From: Phyllosticta citribraziliensis
Taxonomy: Eukaryota
Length of the DNA: 64,000 bases
Direction of reading: 5' to 3'
Assembly: GCF_038025025.1 (NCBI RefSeq)
Contig: NW_027117346.1
Coordinates: 558,001 to 622,000 of the forward strand
The notes under the pieces were generated by a model. The model was not told the origin of the DNA. It saw only the letters and a program-made list of their open reading frames with translations, and searched no databases. Every line of letters starts with the position of its first letter. Position 1 is the first letter of the stretch. Shown here one piece after another: positions 1 through 12,600 of this stretch. The translations under genes and the position numbers were made by a program.

Positions 1-1
1 C

Positions 2-445
2 GACGGCGCGCGCGATGCCGCTCCGGCAGCAAAAGCAGCAGCGCGCGGCGCCGGAGGCCAGCGCAACTCATCCGTCGCGGGAGACCGCAAGTGGCGGCGA
101 CGCGTCGAGGCTACGCTGGTAAAGATGACGACGGAAGTGGCAGCGCTGCGTGAGCAGCTCGAGTCACGGCACCTGTTTGCGCGGTCCCAGCGGCGCAGCC
201 TTGGCGCCTGGATTGGATGGTTCTTGTGGTTCGTGGTCAAGCTTATCGCGGCAGATATTGTCATCTTGGGGATAATATTGCTGTGGATGCGGCGCAAGAA
301 GGACAGGCGGCTCGAGGGTGCAATTCGCGTGCTGCTCGGGGACGCGGTGGTGCAAATGCAGCGTGTGGGAGGTCAGCAGATGGTGCAGAGCCTGGGGCGT
401 GTGGGATTAAGCAAGCTGACAGGGAGGAAGACTTTGACGCAGTGA
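2..445 (+). CDS. 3' end of a probable acyl-CoA-binding (ACBP/ACBD5-like) membrane-anchored protein; 5' part lies outside the window
   Basis: Frame is open from base 2: ...GDRKWRRRVEATLVKMTTEVAALREQLE...WIGWFLWFVVKLIAADIVILGIILLWMRRKKDRRLE. This is a coiled coil followed by a TM segment, as I recall for the C-termini of fungal large ACBP proteins. The ACB domain itself is not visible. Confidence 0.6.
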   Translation, partial: DGARDAAPAAKAAARGAGGQRNSSVAGDRKWRRRVEATLVKMTTEVAALREQLESRHLFARSQRRSLGAWIGWFLWFVVKLIAADIVILGIILLWMRRKKDRRLEGAIRVLLGDAVVQMQRVGGQQMVQSLGRVGLSKLTGRKTLTQ

Positions 446-1639
446 GAACAGGGGGGTTTTTGCTTGTCGGGCTGGCACACGGCTGGGTCAACAAGACGGA
501 GAGATACCACTGTCGCAATTGACGGTTGGGTGTTTGGAGTTTGATTGTTGGGACATGACGATTTGGGTCTCTTGATTAGCTTACTGGCAGCTTTGTGTGG
601 TCTTGACAATGTTTGCACTTCAACACCATAGATATTGTACAGCGCATCTACTTGTCCAGCGTGTGGTACTCAAGGAAATTCTTCATTCACTACCGGCACC
701 CAAAGTTCGTTCGTCCAGGGAGCTGTCGTCTACTATCACGGCAGCACTGGAGCCGGCACGCGAAAAGATTGAATTTGCTAGCGTCAAGCTCACAGCTTTA
801 GGGACTGACGCTTGAAATATATATTGTGAAAACTTTGATTGGTTTTGAGGGAACTGGGAAAACATGATGGTCGGACGGTGTCTCCACGAAGATTAAAGGC
901 AATAGTTGAGTTGATCCAACAAGCCTACCCAATCTGGCGCAGATGCATTGGTTCGATCCTCGCAGCTCTCTTTTGCCCTTTTCTTTTTGCTCCGCTCAGT
1001 GCTGTCCTGTCTTTCTCTAACGATCTGCTTAACGTGTGAGCGCAGCATGATGTTCGGCGCCGTTGTCACATGTCAATCCTCGACCACTAAGGTATTCCAG
1101 ACTTTCGTCCGATCCAAAGCAACATCCATGACGCGCCCCTGAGCCGCAAAACATAAAAAACAACCCAAAGTGGATGTCTAAAGAAATGGGACTTCCTGGC
1201 AATATGAATGCGCTTAGGGAGCATCCATTCACTGCTACTGTCGCGCTTAGGAAGCATTCATGCGCTGCTGCAGCCAGACCCAGCGTGTCTCATTTCTTTC
1301 TACACCCACTGTGAACCCAAACTCAGAGCATGGACAGCCGCAGGTACGGTAGTCAGACCACACCAGTCGATCCGACGGGCTGGCTGGCGAACCACCCGCC
1401 CGACTAGGCAAGCCGTGTGACGTCGACCGATATCAAAGCGTCATGGTTACAAAAGTGGCCATCCTACACCTCCACAATCCGCAGCCGAACTACATTGGCG
1501 ATGATGCTGATGATGCCAAACTTGTATCCGAATCTCAATTCCGCATACAAAAGCAGCATGATCACCGATCGATATGCATATTTTCCCACCCGCTTGCCCA
1601 GGGGCTGTTTACTTGTTCTACCAAAAGCTTTATGACAGC

Positions 1640-2842
1640 ATGGTGCGTCATCTTACCCGCCTACATGTGTCTGGCGTGCGTGGATGGACAACAGCAGCAC
1701 CGGGGTGTATAAGACGAGCATCGGGAGCATCCAATCTTGTGTCATCTTTCCACGCAATCAACACACCAGGAAACACGACCACCAATCCATCTACGCTAAA
1801 CCGACGATTCTATACCACCGCCGACATGCAGACCGTTAAGAACACCATCGCTGAGAACATTGGCGGCGACTATGCGCACTCGCTCGCCCCCAAAGATTCG
1901 CAATTCTCTCTAGACCAAGTGCCCGACTTGTCTTCCAAAGTCGCCGTTGTGACTGGCGGCTCCGAGGGCGTTGGTTACGGCTGCACGCACACGCTGCTGT
2001 CCAAGAACATCTCCAAGCTGTTCATCGTCTCAATGTCCGAAGACGTCGCCGTTGACGCCATCAAAGCCATCCGCGAAGAAATGGGCGAAGACGCCGCATC
2101 CAAGGTCGAATGGATTCCCTGCGACCTCAGCGACTGGAAGGCCACAGCCGCCGTGGCAGACCGGATAGCCAGCAGCACAGACCGACTCGACATTCTCATC
2201 TGCAACGCCGCGAGAGGCATCATGTCATCGCAACAGGCGCCTTCCAACGGCGTCGACCGCCACATGGCTGTCAATCACATTGGCCACTCGGTGCTAACAT
2301 CGCGCCTGCTGCCCGTGTTGAAGAAGACGGCGGACTCGGGGAACAAGGTTAGAGTTGTACACCTGGCGTCGAATCTGCACGAGTCGGCGCCCAAGGAGAC
2401 CAAGTTTGAGAGCGTCGAGGAGCTGAACAAAGATTTTGGGCCTAACCCTCAATATGGTCGCACCAAGCTGGCGTCGATTCTGTATGCGCGGTACCTGGAC
2501 GAACATTTGCGCGGACAGCATCCCAACATCTTGGTCAATGCCACGCATCCGGGTATCGTGGACACGGCGCAGACGAACAAGTGGATACATGAGGTGTATC
2601 CATTGGGCGGCTACGGGATGAGCTTTTTCGCGAAGCCGCTCAAGAAGGATATTTTGCACGGCGCCGTGAGCACCCTGTTTGCGGCAACGACGACGGAGCA
2701 GAGTGGGCAGTACATTGCGCCGCCTGCTATTGTGGAGCCTGGTAGTCAGATGAGTCAGGATCGAGACTTGAGGGAGAGGTTGATGAAGTTGACGAGAGAG
2801 CTTGTAAAGGAGAAGGCTGGCATTGAGTTGCAAGACTGTTAG
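1640..2842 (+). CDS. bli-4: Short-chain dehydrogenase/reductase, retinol-DH-like / Bli-4-like; second in-frame ATG at 1826
   Basis: Single exon with SDR motifs VTGGSEGVG (TGxxxGxG), LDILICNAA, YGRTK (YxxxK) and HPGIVDT. N-terminus MQTVKNTIAENIGG resembles Neurospora Bli-4 family members. Confidence 0.8.
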   Translation: MVRHLTRLHVSGVRGWTTAAPGCIRRASGASNLVSSFHAINTPGNTTTNPSTLNRRFYTTADMQTVKNTIAENIGGDYAHSLAPKDSQFSLDQVPDLSSKVAVVTGGSEGVGYGCTHTLLSKNISKLFIVSMSEDVAVDAIKAIREEMGEDAASKVEWIPCDLSDWKATAAVADRIASSTDRLDILICNAARGIMSSQQAPSNGVDRHMAVNHIGHSVLTSRLLPVLKKTADSGNKVRVVHLASNLHESAPKETKFESVEELNKDFGPNPQYGRTKLASILYARYLDEHLRGQHPNILVNATHPGIVDTAQTNKWIHEVYPLGGYGMSFFAKPLKKDILHGAVSTLFAATTTEQSGQYIAPPAIVEPGSQMSQDRDLRERLMKLTRELVKEKAGIELQDC

Positions 2843-3743
2843 GAGAGGAGTGAATGGTGATAAGGAGTGTAGAGTAAAGACAGTTGTTCTAGCATATGCA
2901 TAGATCAATGACACTTAAAAGTAAACCTGAAATGAAAAGTGGTCACAGATTATTTTCGACCGTATATCAACATACCAAACGTGACTTGAGGCTGTGGAGC
3001 TAAGCTTTGTCGGCAAGGATCAGGGTAAGCTGACGAGGCCGATAGTCTTTCGGGGAAACATGGCAGAGGCCCGTGAACAGTGTGGATGGCCAGGTTGATG
3101 AAGCATTTGCCGTCGCGGCCGGCACGAACGATTTCAGCGTTGAAAAAGAAAGTCTTCCTCTCCAGCAACCAACCCTCTCTTCATTGGCACGTCAATCGTG
3201 TCCCGGTCTGTTGCATCATGGCCAAATAATCCTTCGTCCCCACACGGTTCCGCCGTCCAACTCGTGCCTCGATCTGGTCTGAGCGAGCTGGACAGGCAGC
3301 GGGTGTTCTTGTCGCTGCCTTCCATTGACAACAAGATTTCGCGTCGATAACCGGAGAAAGCGTCACAAGCGGGCAGGACAAAGAGAAGAACAGACTAGCG
3401 GGTAAAGGAAAGCGGCGCACTGGAATGAAGGTGAAAATTCTGGGAGGCACAGCAAGTGGTCTGGCGCGGTTTGTTTGGTCGCAGGCCAAGGGCGGGGCCG
3501 GTCCGCGCCAGACGAGTGGACAGACTGGACGACGGAAGCAGACAGACCTGAGCTCTGGCCGCACCCACCACTCTCCGCACGTGGTCCTCTCCATGACATG
3601 CACTGGCCGTCGACAGTCGACCCGATCCCAAGGCAATAAATAATTCCACCCTACCTTACCCTACGCCGCTCGTCGTCATTGTACTACCTCTCGCCAATTC
3701 GCCAGTTCAAAAACCCCCGTCCCCGCCGCCCAAGCCCGACGAA

Positions 3744-6404
3744 ATGCGTTTTGGCCGCACCCTTCGCCGCTCCGTCTACCAGCCATGGGAGGCCAAGTAC
3801 ATTGACTACGACAAGCTTAAGCAGCTTCTGCGCGAGGGTGCCTCGGATCAGGGCTCCGACCATGAGGACGCAGACGACAACTGGACCGAGGAGGACGAGG
3901 GCCGCTTCGTCGACGAGCTCGTCAACGTCCAGCTCGAAAAGGTCAACGACTTCCAGAACAAAAAGTACCAGGACCTGCGCGATCGCACCACCAAGTGCGA
4001 ACAGAAACTCGAACCGCTGGCACTGTCCATCAAGGACGGCGACGATGCCGACAACAATGGCGAGGGCAGCGCAAAGGGCAAAAAGGCTGAGCCGTCGGAT
4101 GAGGAGCGCCGGCGCGTGTCCAAGGAGGTTCTGAAGGAGCTGGATACAATCACAAAGGAGGTCAGCGAGCTGGAACGATATAGTCGCATCAACTACACCG
4201 GTTTCTTAAAGGCGGCCAAGAAGCACGACCGCAAGCGTGGTCACATTTACCGTGTCCGTCCTCTGCTGCAGGTGCGCCTGGGAGCTTTGCCCTTCAACAA
4301 GGAGGACTACTCGCCGCTGTTAATCAGACTGTCTGCCATGTACTCGTTTGTACGCCAAAACTTAGAGGGCAAGGAGCAACGCGATATTTCCTTCTCCGAA
4401 GGCCAATCCGCCGGCGAAAGCTTTACATCGTACAAGTGTAGGTCTGTTGACTCTGTCTGATGCATTCCCGCTTACATTATACAGTCTGGGTTCACCCTGA
4501 GAACCTCCTCGAAGTCAAGACTGTCATCCTCCGTCGCCTTCCTGTGCTGGTCTACAATCCTCAAACATCCAAGATTGCCGAGGGCAACCAACGTGACCCA
4601 ACCATCACCTCCATATACTTTGACAATCCTAGGTTCTCATTGTATACCGACAAGGTCGAGCACGTACCTGACGCGTCGTCACTGCGTCTGCGGTGGTATG
4701 GCCAAGTTTCAGAGAAACCGGAGATTTATTTCGAAAAGAAGACGATCAAGGAGGGCGATGCCAGCGAAGAGCTGCGATTCCCGATCAAGGAAAAGTACAT
4801 ACAGGCGTTCCTCCGCGGCGAGTACCACATGGAAAAGAGCATCGACAAGATTAAGAGGACCATGGGTGAACACGACCACAAGGCCGAAGAGCTCCAAAAG
4901 AGTGCCGAAGCCATCCAAACCTTTGTCAAGGAGAAGGAGCTTCAACCCGTGCTCAGGGCGAACTACACCCGAACGGCCTTCCAGATTCCCGGAGACGACA
5001 GGGTCCGCATTTCTCTGGATACTGATCTCGCACTCATTCGCGAAGATGCCATCGACTCTGACCGGCCCTGCCGTGATCCCGAGGACTGGCACCGCAGGGA
5101 CATTGACGATGCTCAAATGGAGTACCCCTTCAGCGGCATTCGCAAGGGTGAAATCAACCGTTTCCCCTTTGCACTGCTCGAAATCAAGATCAAGGGCCGC
5201 AAGGACTACGAATGGATTTCAGACCTCATGACCTCGCATCTTGTCAAGGAGGCCCCGCGCTTTTCGAAATTTGTCCACGGTGTCGCGCAGCTGTTTGAGG
5301 ACCAAGTCAACACTTTCCCTTTCTGGCTCTCCGAGCTCGAGACCGACATCAGACGCGACCCTCACGAGGCTTTTGAAGAGGAGCAAGAGCGCAAAGCAAA
5401 GGTAGCCGAAGACGAGTTCGCTGTTGGGTCCCTCTTTGGCAATCGCGCGTCGCCTTTCCGTGCCTCCATCAGCTCACCTGTTGGCTCGCCTGCTGGAGGC
5501 CACTCGCTGTCCAAATACAAATCTCCGTCTGGTAAAGCTACCGCTCAAGACACACGACGCGCCTCGCTCGCGGCCGCCACCGCCCAAAGGCCAAGCGCGA
5601 GACCCGAACCAGACCACGACGATTCGGACTCGGACGCCGGCCCGGAAGACACGACAACGGGCGGCGAGGGCAACACGACGTCACCCTCCGGCCTGCGCTC
5701 CCTCTTCCCTTCCTTCTCCTACTCCAAATACGCACAGCGACACCGGGCTGGCGGCACAGCCAATCTGCCTCCGGGCGTTCGCGACCCAGGTCAATGGATC
5801 AAGGATCAAGGGCCGGTGCGCGTCGAAGCCAAAGTATGGCTCGCAAACCAACGCACCTTCATCAAGTGGCAGCACGTGACGATCTTGCTGGCGACGCTCA
5901 GCTTGGGCTTGTACAACGCGGCCGGCGAGAACAACCGCGTCGGGCGCGCGCTGGCCATTGTTTATACCCTCGTTGCCCTGTTCGCCGGCGTGTGGGGCTA
6001 CGCCATGTACATGTATCGCAGCCGGCTCATCCAGCAGCGCAGCGGCAAGGACTTTGATAATGTCTTGGGTCCCATCATCGTGTGCATTGGGTTGGTTGTG
6101 GCGCTGTTGTGCAATTTTGGATTCAAGGTGAGTCGACGTTGCGCTGCGCTACCCCTCGAGGCCACAAAGCTCATCATTCCCCTACCCTTTCCGTTCGCCA
6201 TGTTTCCTTGCAGTACTTCAAGAACTCTACTGACCACACCCATCGCCGCAGTACACGGCCATCATGTCCGAGAAGCACCGCCAGCACGACCAACCGCCCA
6301 CCTCCTCCCACAACGCCACCTCGCCGTCGACCGACGCGCTCGTCTCCGCCGCCGTCAACGCTTCCGCCCAAGTCTTGTTCAGCGCTGGGACGGACGAGCT
6401 GTAA
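3744..6404 (+). CDS. vtc2: Vacuolar transporter chaperone subunit Vtc2/Vtc3 (SPX + VTC + 3-TM DUF202)
   Basis: Exons 3744-4437, 4485-6127, 6252-6404. SPX start MRFGRTL...YIDYDKLK; YKFWVHPENLLEVK across intron 1; SLRLRWYG, YTRTAFQIPGDDRVRISLD and KVWLANQRTF. Confidence 0.92.
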
Positions 6405-7410
6405 TACCCTCGGTCGCCGCTATCCAGCAATCAGTCAATCCATATCGCGTCCTTTAGTCCCTCCTCTGTGTATCAATAATTCAGCAACCAATCCAATCAC
6501 CACCAAAGATATGCGACGATAGACGGGATGGGCTCGCATGGCTCGCAGGCCTACCGCCAGAACGCCGGGCTGGGCTGGGTTGGGTTGGGTTGGGATGTGG
6601 GGTTTCCGCGCTGTCTAGTTTCGCGTGTGCAAAATGGAAGAGTTGGAGAGAGAGAGCGTGTGTGTGGCGTCTATTCTTCATGCTTGTATAGTTCTAATTC
6701 TGTACAGCCATTGGCTCCGCCGCCTTGTCCTCCTCGTCTAGTCTCTTATCGTTCCGTAGCCAGTGCTGTTGATCAAGCAGCAAATGTACCAAGTCAATCG
6801 CGTTGTGTTGTCTTGATGTGTGGCATGCCGCGTCGTCGTGTTCGCTGTGTGTACGGTACAGTATTGCAGAGGTCGGTACTTGGCAAATTGCACCCACCCT
6901 GTTATTGGTGGGCTGAGTGCGTGGGAGTGGTGTTGGTGTTGGCACACAAGCTCCTCCTTCTTACAGCAATCTTTACATGTACGTGTATGAAATCGTTTTA
7001 TCGACATCAGATCCACCCGTCATCCGTCGAGCTGACTGTCGTCTGGTTTCCTTGTTGTTATGTCGAGCGAGCACCTGGTATACGTGGAATGTGAGATTGC
7101 AAGTTGACATGACGCAAGGTCGCCACAGACCTGACAAATGGGGTGGTCAAAAATCAAGCGGGACAGAAGATTTACAATGCCGTCTTTGTACTGAAGACTG
7201 GACGGAAATTGTACTATGTATGCATGATAGAGTAAGCGATATGTGAGAACAACAACCCATAAACACCCACCCACTGCTCCAACATAACCAAAGAACCAAA
7301 AGCCAAAAACAGTGCTCTAACGAATCTGACCAACGGTAAACATCATAAATGCAGTAAAGTTCGTCACGTCATGCCATATATTCCCATTTTCCCTGCCAGC
7401 GGAATCCCAT

Positions 7411-8751
7411 TTACAATCCTCCCTCCCTCTCCCACACCTTGCGGCCGGCAATCCACGTCTGCAAGACCTCGCCGTCATCATTGAGGACGACGAGGTCAGC
7501 CCTGCGACCCTGCTTGAGCACGCCGACGCCGGGGCCGCCTTTGCCGTTGGCGGAGCTGCCCAGCGCGGGCGGCATGCCGGGGACCTCGTAGCCGTCGACG
7601 CCCATGAAGGCGGCCACGTTCTCGGTGCAGCAGCGGACGGCCTCGGCGACGCTGCAGCCCGTCCACGCCATGAGGTTGCGGACGGACTGGGACAGCGACG
7701 ACGACGACGAGGGCGAATTGGGGTCAGCGCCGCTGACGAGCATCGCGCGCGCCTGGTTGGCGCGAAAGAGGAGCGCGGCGGTTGCGGGCGCGACGTGCTC
7801 GCCGTCGGCGACAAGGCTGTAGAATGGCGCCCGCGGCTCGCTGGATGGCGGGAGCGTGATGAGGCCAACGAGGCTGTCATCGCCGCCTGCGCGCCAGTTC
7901 ATGGTCGGTATTGAGGACGCGGAGAGACCGGTGGCGCCGGCGGCCAGCGCCGACATGCCGGTTGAGAAGGCGTTCTCCTTGACGCTGCCCGCATCTCCGC
8001 TCTGGGGCGCCAGGGAGATGGTGAGGGAGGCGGAGCGCAACGAGGGTATCAGGGGCGTGGTGGAGGCCGAGGGTGGGAAGGTGAGATGCTTGAGGGAGGG
8101 AGGAGGCGAGGGGCCAACGAGAATCGGCGTTTGGCGCAAATCAGGGTTGTAGGCATGTGCGCCGAGGACGGTTGCGCCCTTGAGGTCATGATGGGCCTTG
8201 GGGTTCAATGATGGGAGGATCTGTGGAAAGAGTGTTAGATTTGAGTTGTTTGGCATGAAAGATGTTGATTGGGGAATATTCGAAGCAATTGTAACTTGAA
8301 GACTGGAAGCACAGCAACAGACAGGAGAGAGAAGAAAGACAGACTTGCGCGAGTAGGAGGAATTTGATTGGCTGATTTTTGTGGAATAAATCATTCAGAC
8401 GTCACTCTTGCATACCTGCTGGAATGTGTCGGGAGCGACAGTTGGTATGGTGGCCCAGAATCCGGTAACACCCTGTGTAACGTAGTACTCGGCCGTGTTC
8501 TGGAGCTTCTGGTCATATTGCTGCTGATTCTCAAAGTCTGTAAAGCGGAATCCATTGGCGCCGTAGGTCTGAAGCTCGAGAAAACCTGGGGCAACAATGT
8601 GCCCTTCCAGATCACAAATGTCGCCGCCTATGTAGCCAGTGCGGTAGAGGATGCGGCCCGTCTCTTCTGAGATGACGAGATGATCCTCGACGAGCTGGCC
8701 ATTGAGGCAGTAGCGGCAGTTGGTGAGGAGGGTGAACTGGTTGTCGGTCAT
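7411..8751 (-). CDS. N-acetylglucosamine-6-phosphate deacetylase (NagA)-like amidohydrolase, probably catalytically dead
   Basis: Exons 8751-8416 and 8220-7411 (381 aa, intron GTATGC...CTAAC...CAG). Motifs APGFLELQ, GVTGFWAT, ADGEHV and GRRADLVVL...VLQTWIAG match NagA, but active-site residues are substituted. Confidence 0.85.
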
Positions 8752-9659
8752 TATGGCACAGTGGTAGCGAGCGGAGAAGGGAGACGGGGGAGACGGGAGA
8801 TATAGACTGCGGCAATGGTGTTGGAGAGCCGTCGGGACTTACATTTGCGGTGGATACCTTAAGGTACGGTTGGTAGAGCGGAAGACGCAGTCAGCAATTG
8901 AGGTGAAGTCTAGACTGCACGGCAGGGAGGGTCCTTGGCGCCGATCTACCTTCCCGGGAGCTCGGGCCCCCCGCCTATGACGCATTCGCTCTAGCAGCAA
9001 ACAGACCAGACTTGTTCCTTCGCCCAAACCAACCAAACCACAGCGTCCACGGCTTCCTTCGCCTGCCACTCCAAGTCATGTCTCTCCGTCTCCATCCGCA
9101 TCTTGCATTGTCTATCGCGTCAATGGCTTCCACCACGTCCATCTTTCCTTCTGCCTGCCTGGCGAGCTGGCCTGAGGTGGCCGGGCCGACCACGCGTCGC
9201 GTCGCTGCAAGCTCCAGGCTTCAGAACTCAGAACAGACAAGCAGCTTGGCCAGCACTGCCCTTCTCGGCCTCAGCTGAGGCCAAACAGGTCGTGACCCCG
9301 GACGTGAAGCTGCGGTGCGACACGCAATCATGCTGTGGTGTTGGGCGGACATGGAGCTGGTGGTGCTGGCTCTGAGTGGCTTTGTGCTTGTTTGGTCGAC
9401 GCGCCCTGGCGTGGCCCATGATGTCATGGCAATCGCTGCCAGGCGCTGATCAGGATCCCAGCCCTTTCAACTTGAATGTCTATAACTGCCCAGACTGCCG
9501 CTGCTGCCAATTCCTCCCCATCACACCTGCTGTTGACTGCCTCCTGCTCCATTGGTCCTCCGACCCCGCCCCCAGAGGCTCCACCAGCCTTCTGAACACC
9601 CCCGCTACTATACCAGCTTACCCCAGGTTGCTCTTTCAACACAGCGCTTCCACGTCATC

Positions 9660-12600
9660 ATGGCCGACGAGCTCCAGCAGCACGCCCCGGGCGGCCACTA
9701 TTCTGGCAACAACCGCATTCCCACTGTCAGAAAGTTCATCGACGCTCTCGACAAGGACAAGGCCGAGCGCGACAGGGCAATTGACGAGCGCGGCCAGCCC
9801 GTCACAGACGGAACCACCCCCCATCCAGGCAACCAGACCCACAAGAGAGAAAACCAAAAGACGGTGACAGATCCCACCACTGGAAGGGAGGTTGTCATTG
9901 AGAATGCCGACAAGCACATGATAGACTTGGTCGAGAACCCTCAGGTAAACGTCGCTCAATCCGTCCGTGACGAGCCCGTGCTAACCCTGCCAGCTCTCCG
10001 TGCCCAACGCCAACCTGGGAAAAGACTCCCCAATCAAGACCGACTCTTCGCAGCCGTATGACCAGTACAAAGAAAACCAGGATGTCACTGCTCCTCCAGA
10101 CCCAGTCGCCGAGGGCACCACATCCGATGTTCCAATTCATGGCGAGAAAACAAACATTCTTTTCCACCCCACTCCGTCCGTCAGCTACGAGCCATACTTC
10201 GTGACCATTGAAAAGCAGGCCGGAGGCGTCTGCGCCGGTGTTGTGATTGCCATTGTCATGATTGGGAAAATGTTTGGCGGCTCGCTGTGGGGCCTGGTAC
10301 CCTTGGGAGCTTGTGTAGCATCCGGGGTTTGGTTGTGGATGAAGGAAGTCGTGCGGAGAGGCAGAGAACTAGAATGGCACAGTGAAAGGACCCGCGGCCA
10401 AACTGTAAGGTCAATCCTCCATCCTTCCAAATCAGCACTAACTCCGCCAGGCCACTGCGAACCTTCTTCCCGAGTCTGTCGAGTGGATGAACACTCTGCT
10501 TGAAATCGTGTGGGGACTAATCAACCCGGACATGTTCCAGAGCGTTGCGGACACCATTGAGGATGTCATGCAAGCTTCTGTTCCCGGCGTCATTGAGAAT
10601 GTCCGCGTCTCGGAGATCAACCAAGGAAGCAATCCCATTCGCATCCTCAGTATGCGAGCGCTGCCCGACTCGCAAATGAATGATATGAAAAAGGCCATTC
10701 ACGAGGAGAACAAGAAGACAAAAGACCCCCAGGAAGCAGCTGCCGACGAAGAGGGAGGTGACTACTACAATCTTGAAGTTTCTTTTGCATACCACGCAAA
10801 ACCGTCGGGCAGCAGCGCCGCCGAAAAGGCCAAGAACATGCACATGGCCCTCGTTTTCTATCTCGGTGTCAAAGGGCTCTTCGGAGTGCCTTTGCCCATC
10901 TTCGTCGAGCTCCAGGGTCTCGTTGGCACTGTCCGCCTTCGACTGAACATGACTCCGGAGCCCCCCTACCTCAAGACTCTGACCTTCAGCCTGATGGGAT
11001 TGCCTCACATCGAAGCTGGTTGCATCCCAATGATGCAAAAGGGAATCAACATCCTCAATCTGCCACTGATTTCGAATTTCGTCAACTACGCCATTGGAGC
11101 AGCTGCTAGCATGTACGTTGCTCCCAAGTCAATGTCTCTTGACCTGAGGGCGATCCTTCAAGGCGACGATATCACCAAGGATGTCAATGCTCTTGGTATC
11201 CTCTGGATTCGCATCCACCGAGCCACCGGCCTCAGCAAGCAAGACAAACGTGGAAGTTCATATGGCGGCAGTGACCCTTATATCACTTTGACCTTCTCCA
11301 AATACGGCAAGCCCATGTACTGCACGCGAGTCATTACCGACGACCTGAACCCCATTTGGGAGGAGACAGCAGCCCTTCTCGTCACGCCAGAGTTGATCAA
11401 GGCCGATGAAAATCTTAGCGTCGAGCTCTGGGACTCTGACCGTCACAGTGCCGATGACATTGTCGGCAAAGTCGAGCTCTCGATGCAAAAAATGATTCAG
11501 CACCCGGGCAAGATGTACCCGCAAGTCAGCAAATTGGCTGGTATGGACGCAGACAGCAGCATGCCCGGAGAGCTCCACTGGGAAGTTGGCTATTTTGGGA
11601 AGCCAAAGTACCGCCCTGAGCTCAGGACGGATGGAAAGAACAAGAACCTCGATGCCAACCTCCAGGACAACCCAGAATTCCAAGACGAAAAGGGAGTCAC
11701 CAACACCGAAGAAGACGATGCTGTACAACACACGCCGCCGGATCCTCTCTGGCCGACTGGTATCGTCAGCGTTGTCGTCCACCAGATTGTCAACCTTGAG
11801 CTAGACAACGTCAAGGGTACCGCTGGCAGCCGCAAGGGACGCGAGTTTGAGCCGGCAAAGGCGTACGGCGAGAATTCGAAGCAGGAAGGGGGCGACCTGC
11901 CCAACAGCTACTGCACCATCCTCCTGAACGACGAATTGGTGTACCGGACACGTTCCAAGGCAGTTAGCAGCCAGCCGATTTTCAACGCAGGTACTGAGCG
12001 CTTCATTCGCGACTGGCGCTCTGGCATTGTCACCGTCACTGTTCGCGACCAGCGCCACAGGGAGCACGACCCGATTTTGGGTATTGTTCCTCTCAAGTTG
12101 ACCGACATTCTCGAGTCCAGCTCGCAGGTGACTCGCTGGTATCCCCTTGACGGTGGCATCGGCTTTGGACGCATCCGTATATCTCTGCTCTTCCGCAGCG
12201 TAGAGACGCGTCTGCCGCCAAATCTCCTCGGCTGGGACGTCGGCACATTTGAATTCTGTTCTGATCGCATTACGGCTCATGGGTATCAGCACCACGCCAA
12301 GCTCAGGATGCGTACTGGTGGTTCGACCGCAAAAGTGCCACGCACCGGGGCCCACCAACTTGAAGATGGGGACGGTGTGTACTGGGACGTTGCGCAAAAG
12401 GATGGCCAGAGTGAAGTCCGCTTGCCCGTCAAGTATCGATACCGCTCGCCTGTCGTCTTCGAATTCCACGTCAGCGGCAAGCGCAAACCAGATGCCCATG
12501 CTGTCGTGTGGCTTCAGCACCTAATCGACAACGAGAACACGGAAATCGACATTCCCATTTGGCAATGCACGAACCCAGCACGACTGACCTTGAACTACAT

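Noticed and set aside
900..990. B-box-like GGTTCGATCC followed by T-runs (possible tRNA or Pol III gene)
   Set aside because: Flanks do not form a T-stem or acceptor stem, and I could not build a cloverleaf.
6128..6457. ORF-track C-terminal extension of Vtc2/3 (VSRRCAALP...)
   Set aside because: It reads through a canonical GTGAGT intron donor, and the translation is not protein-like.
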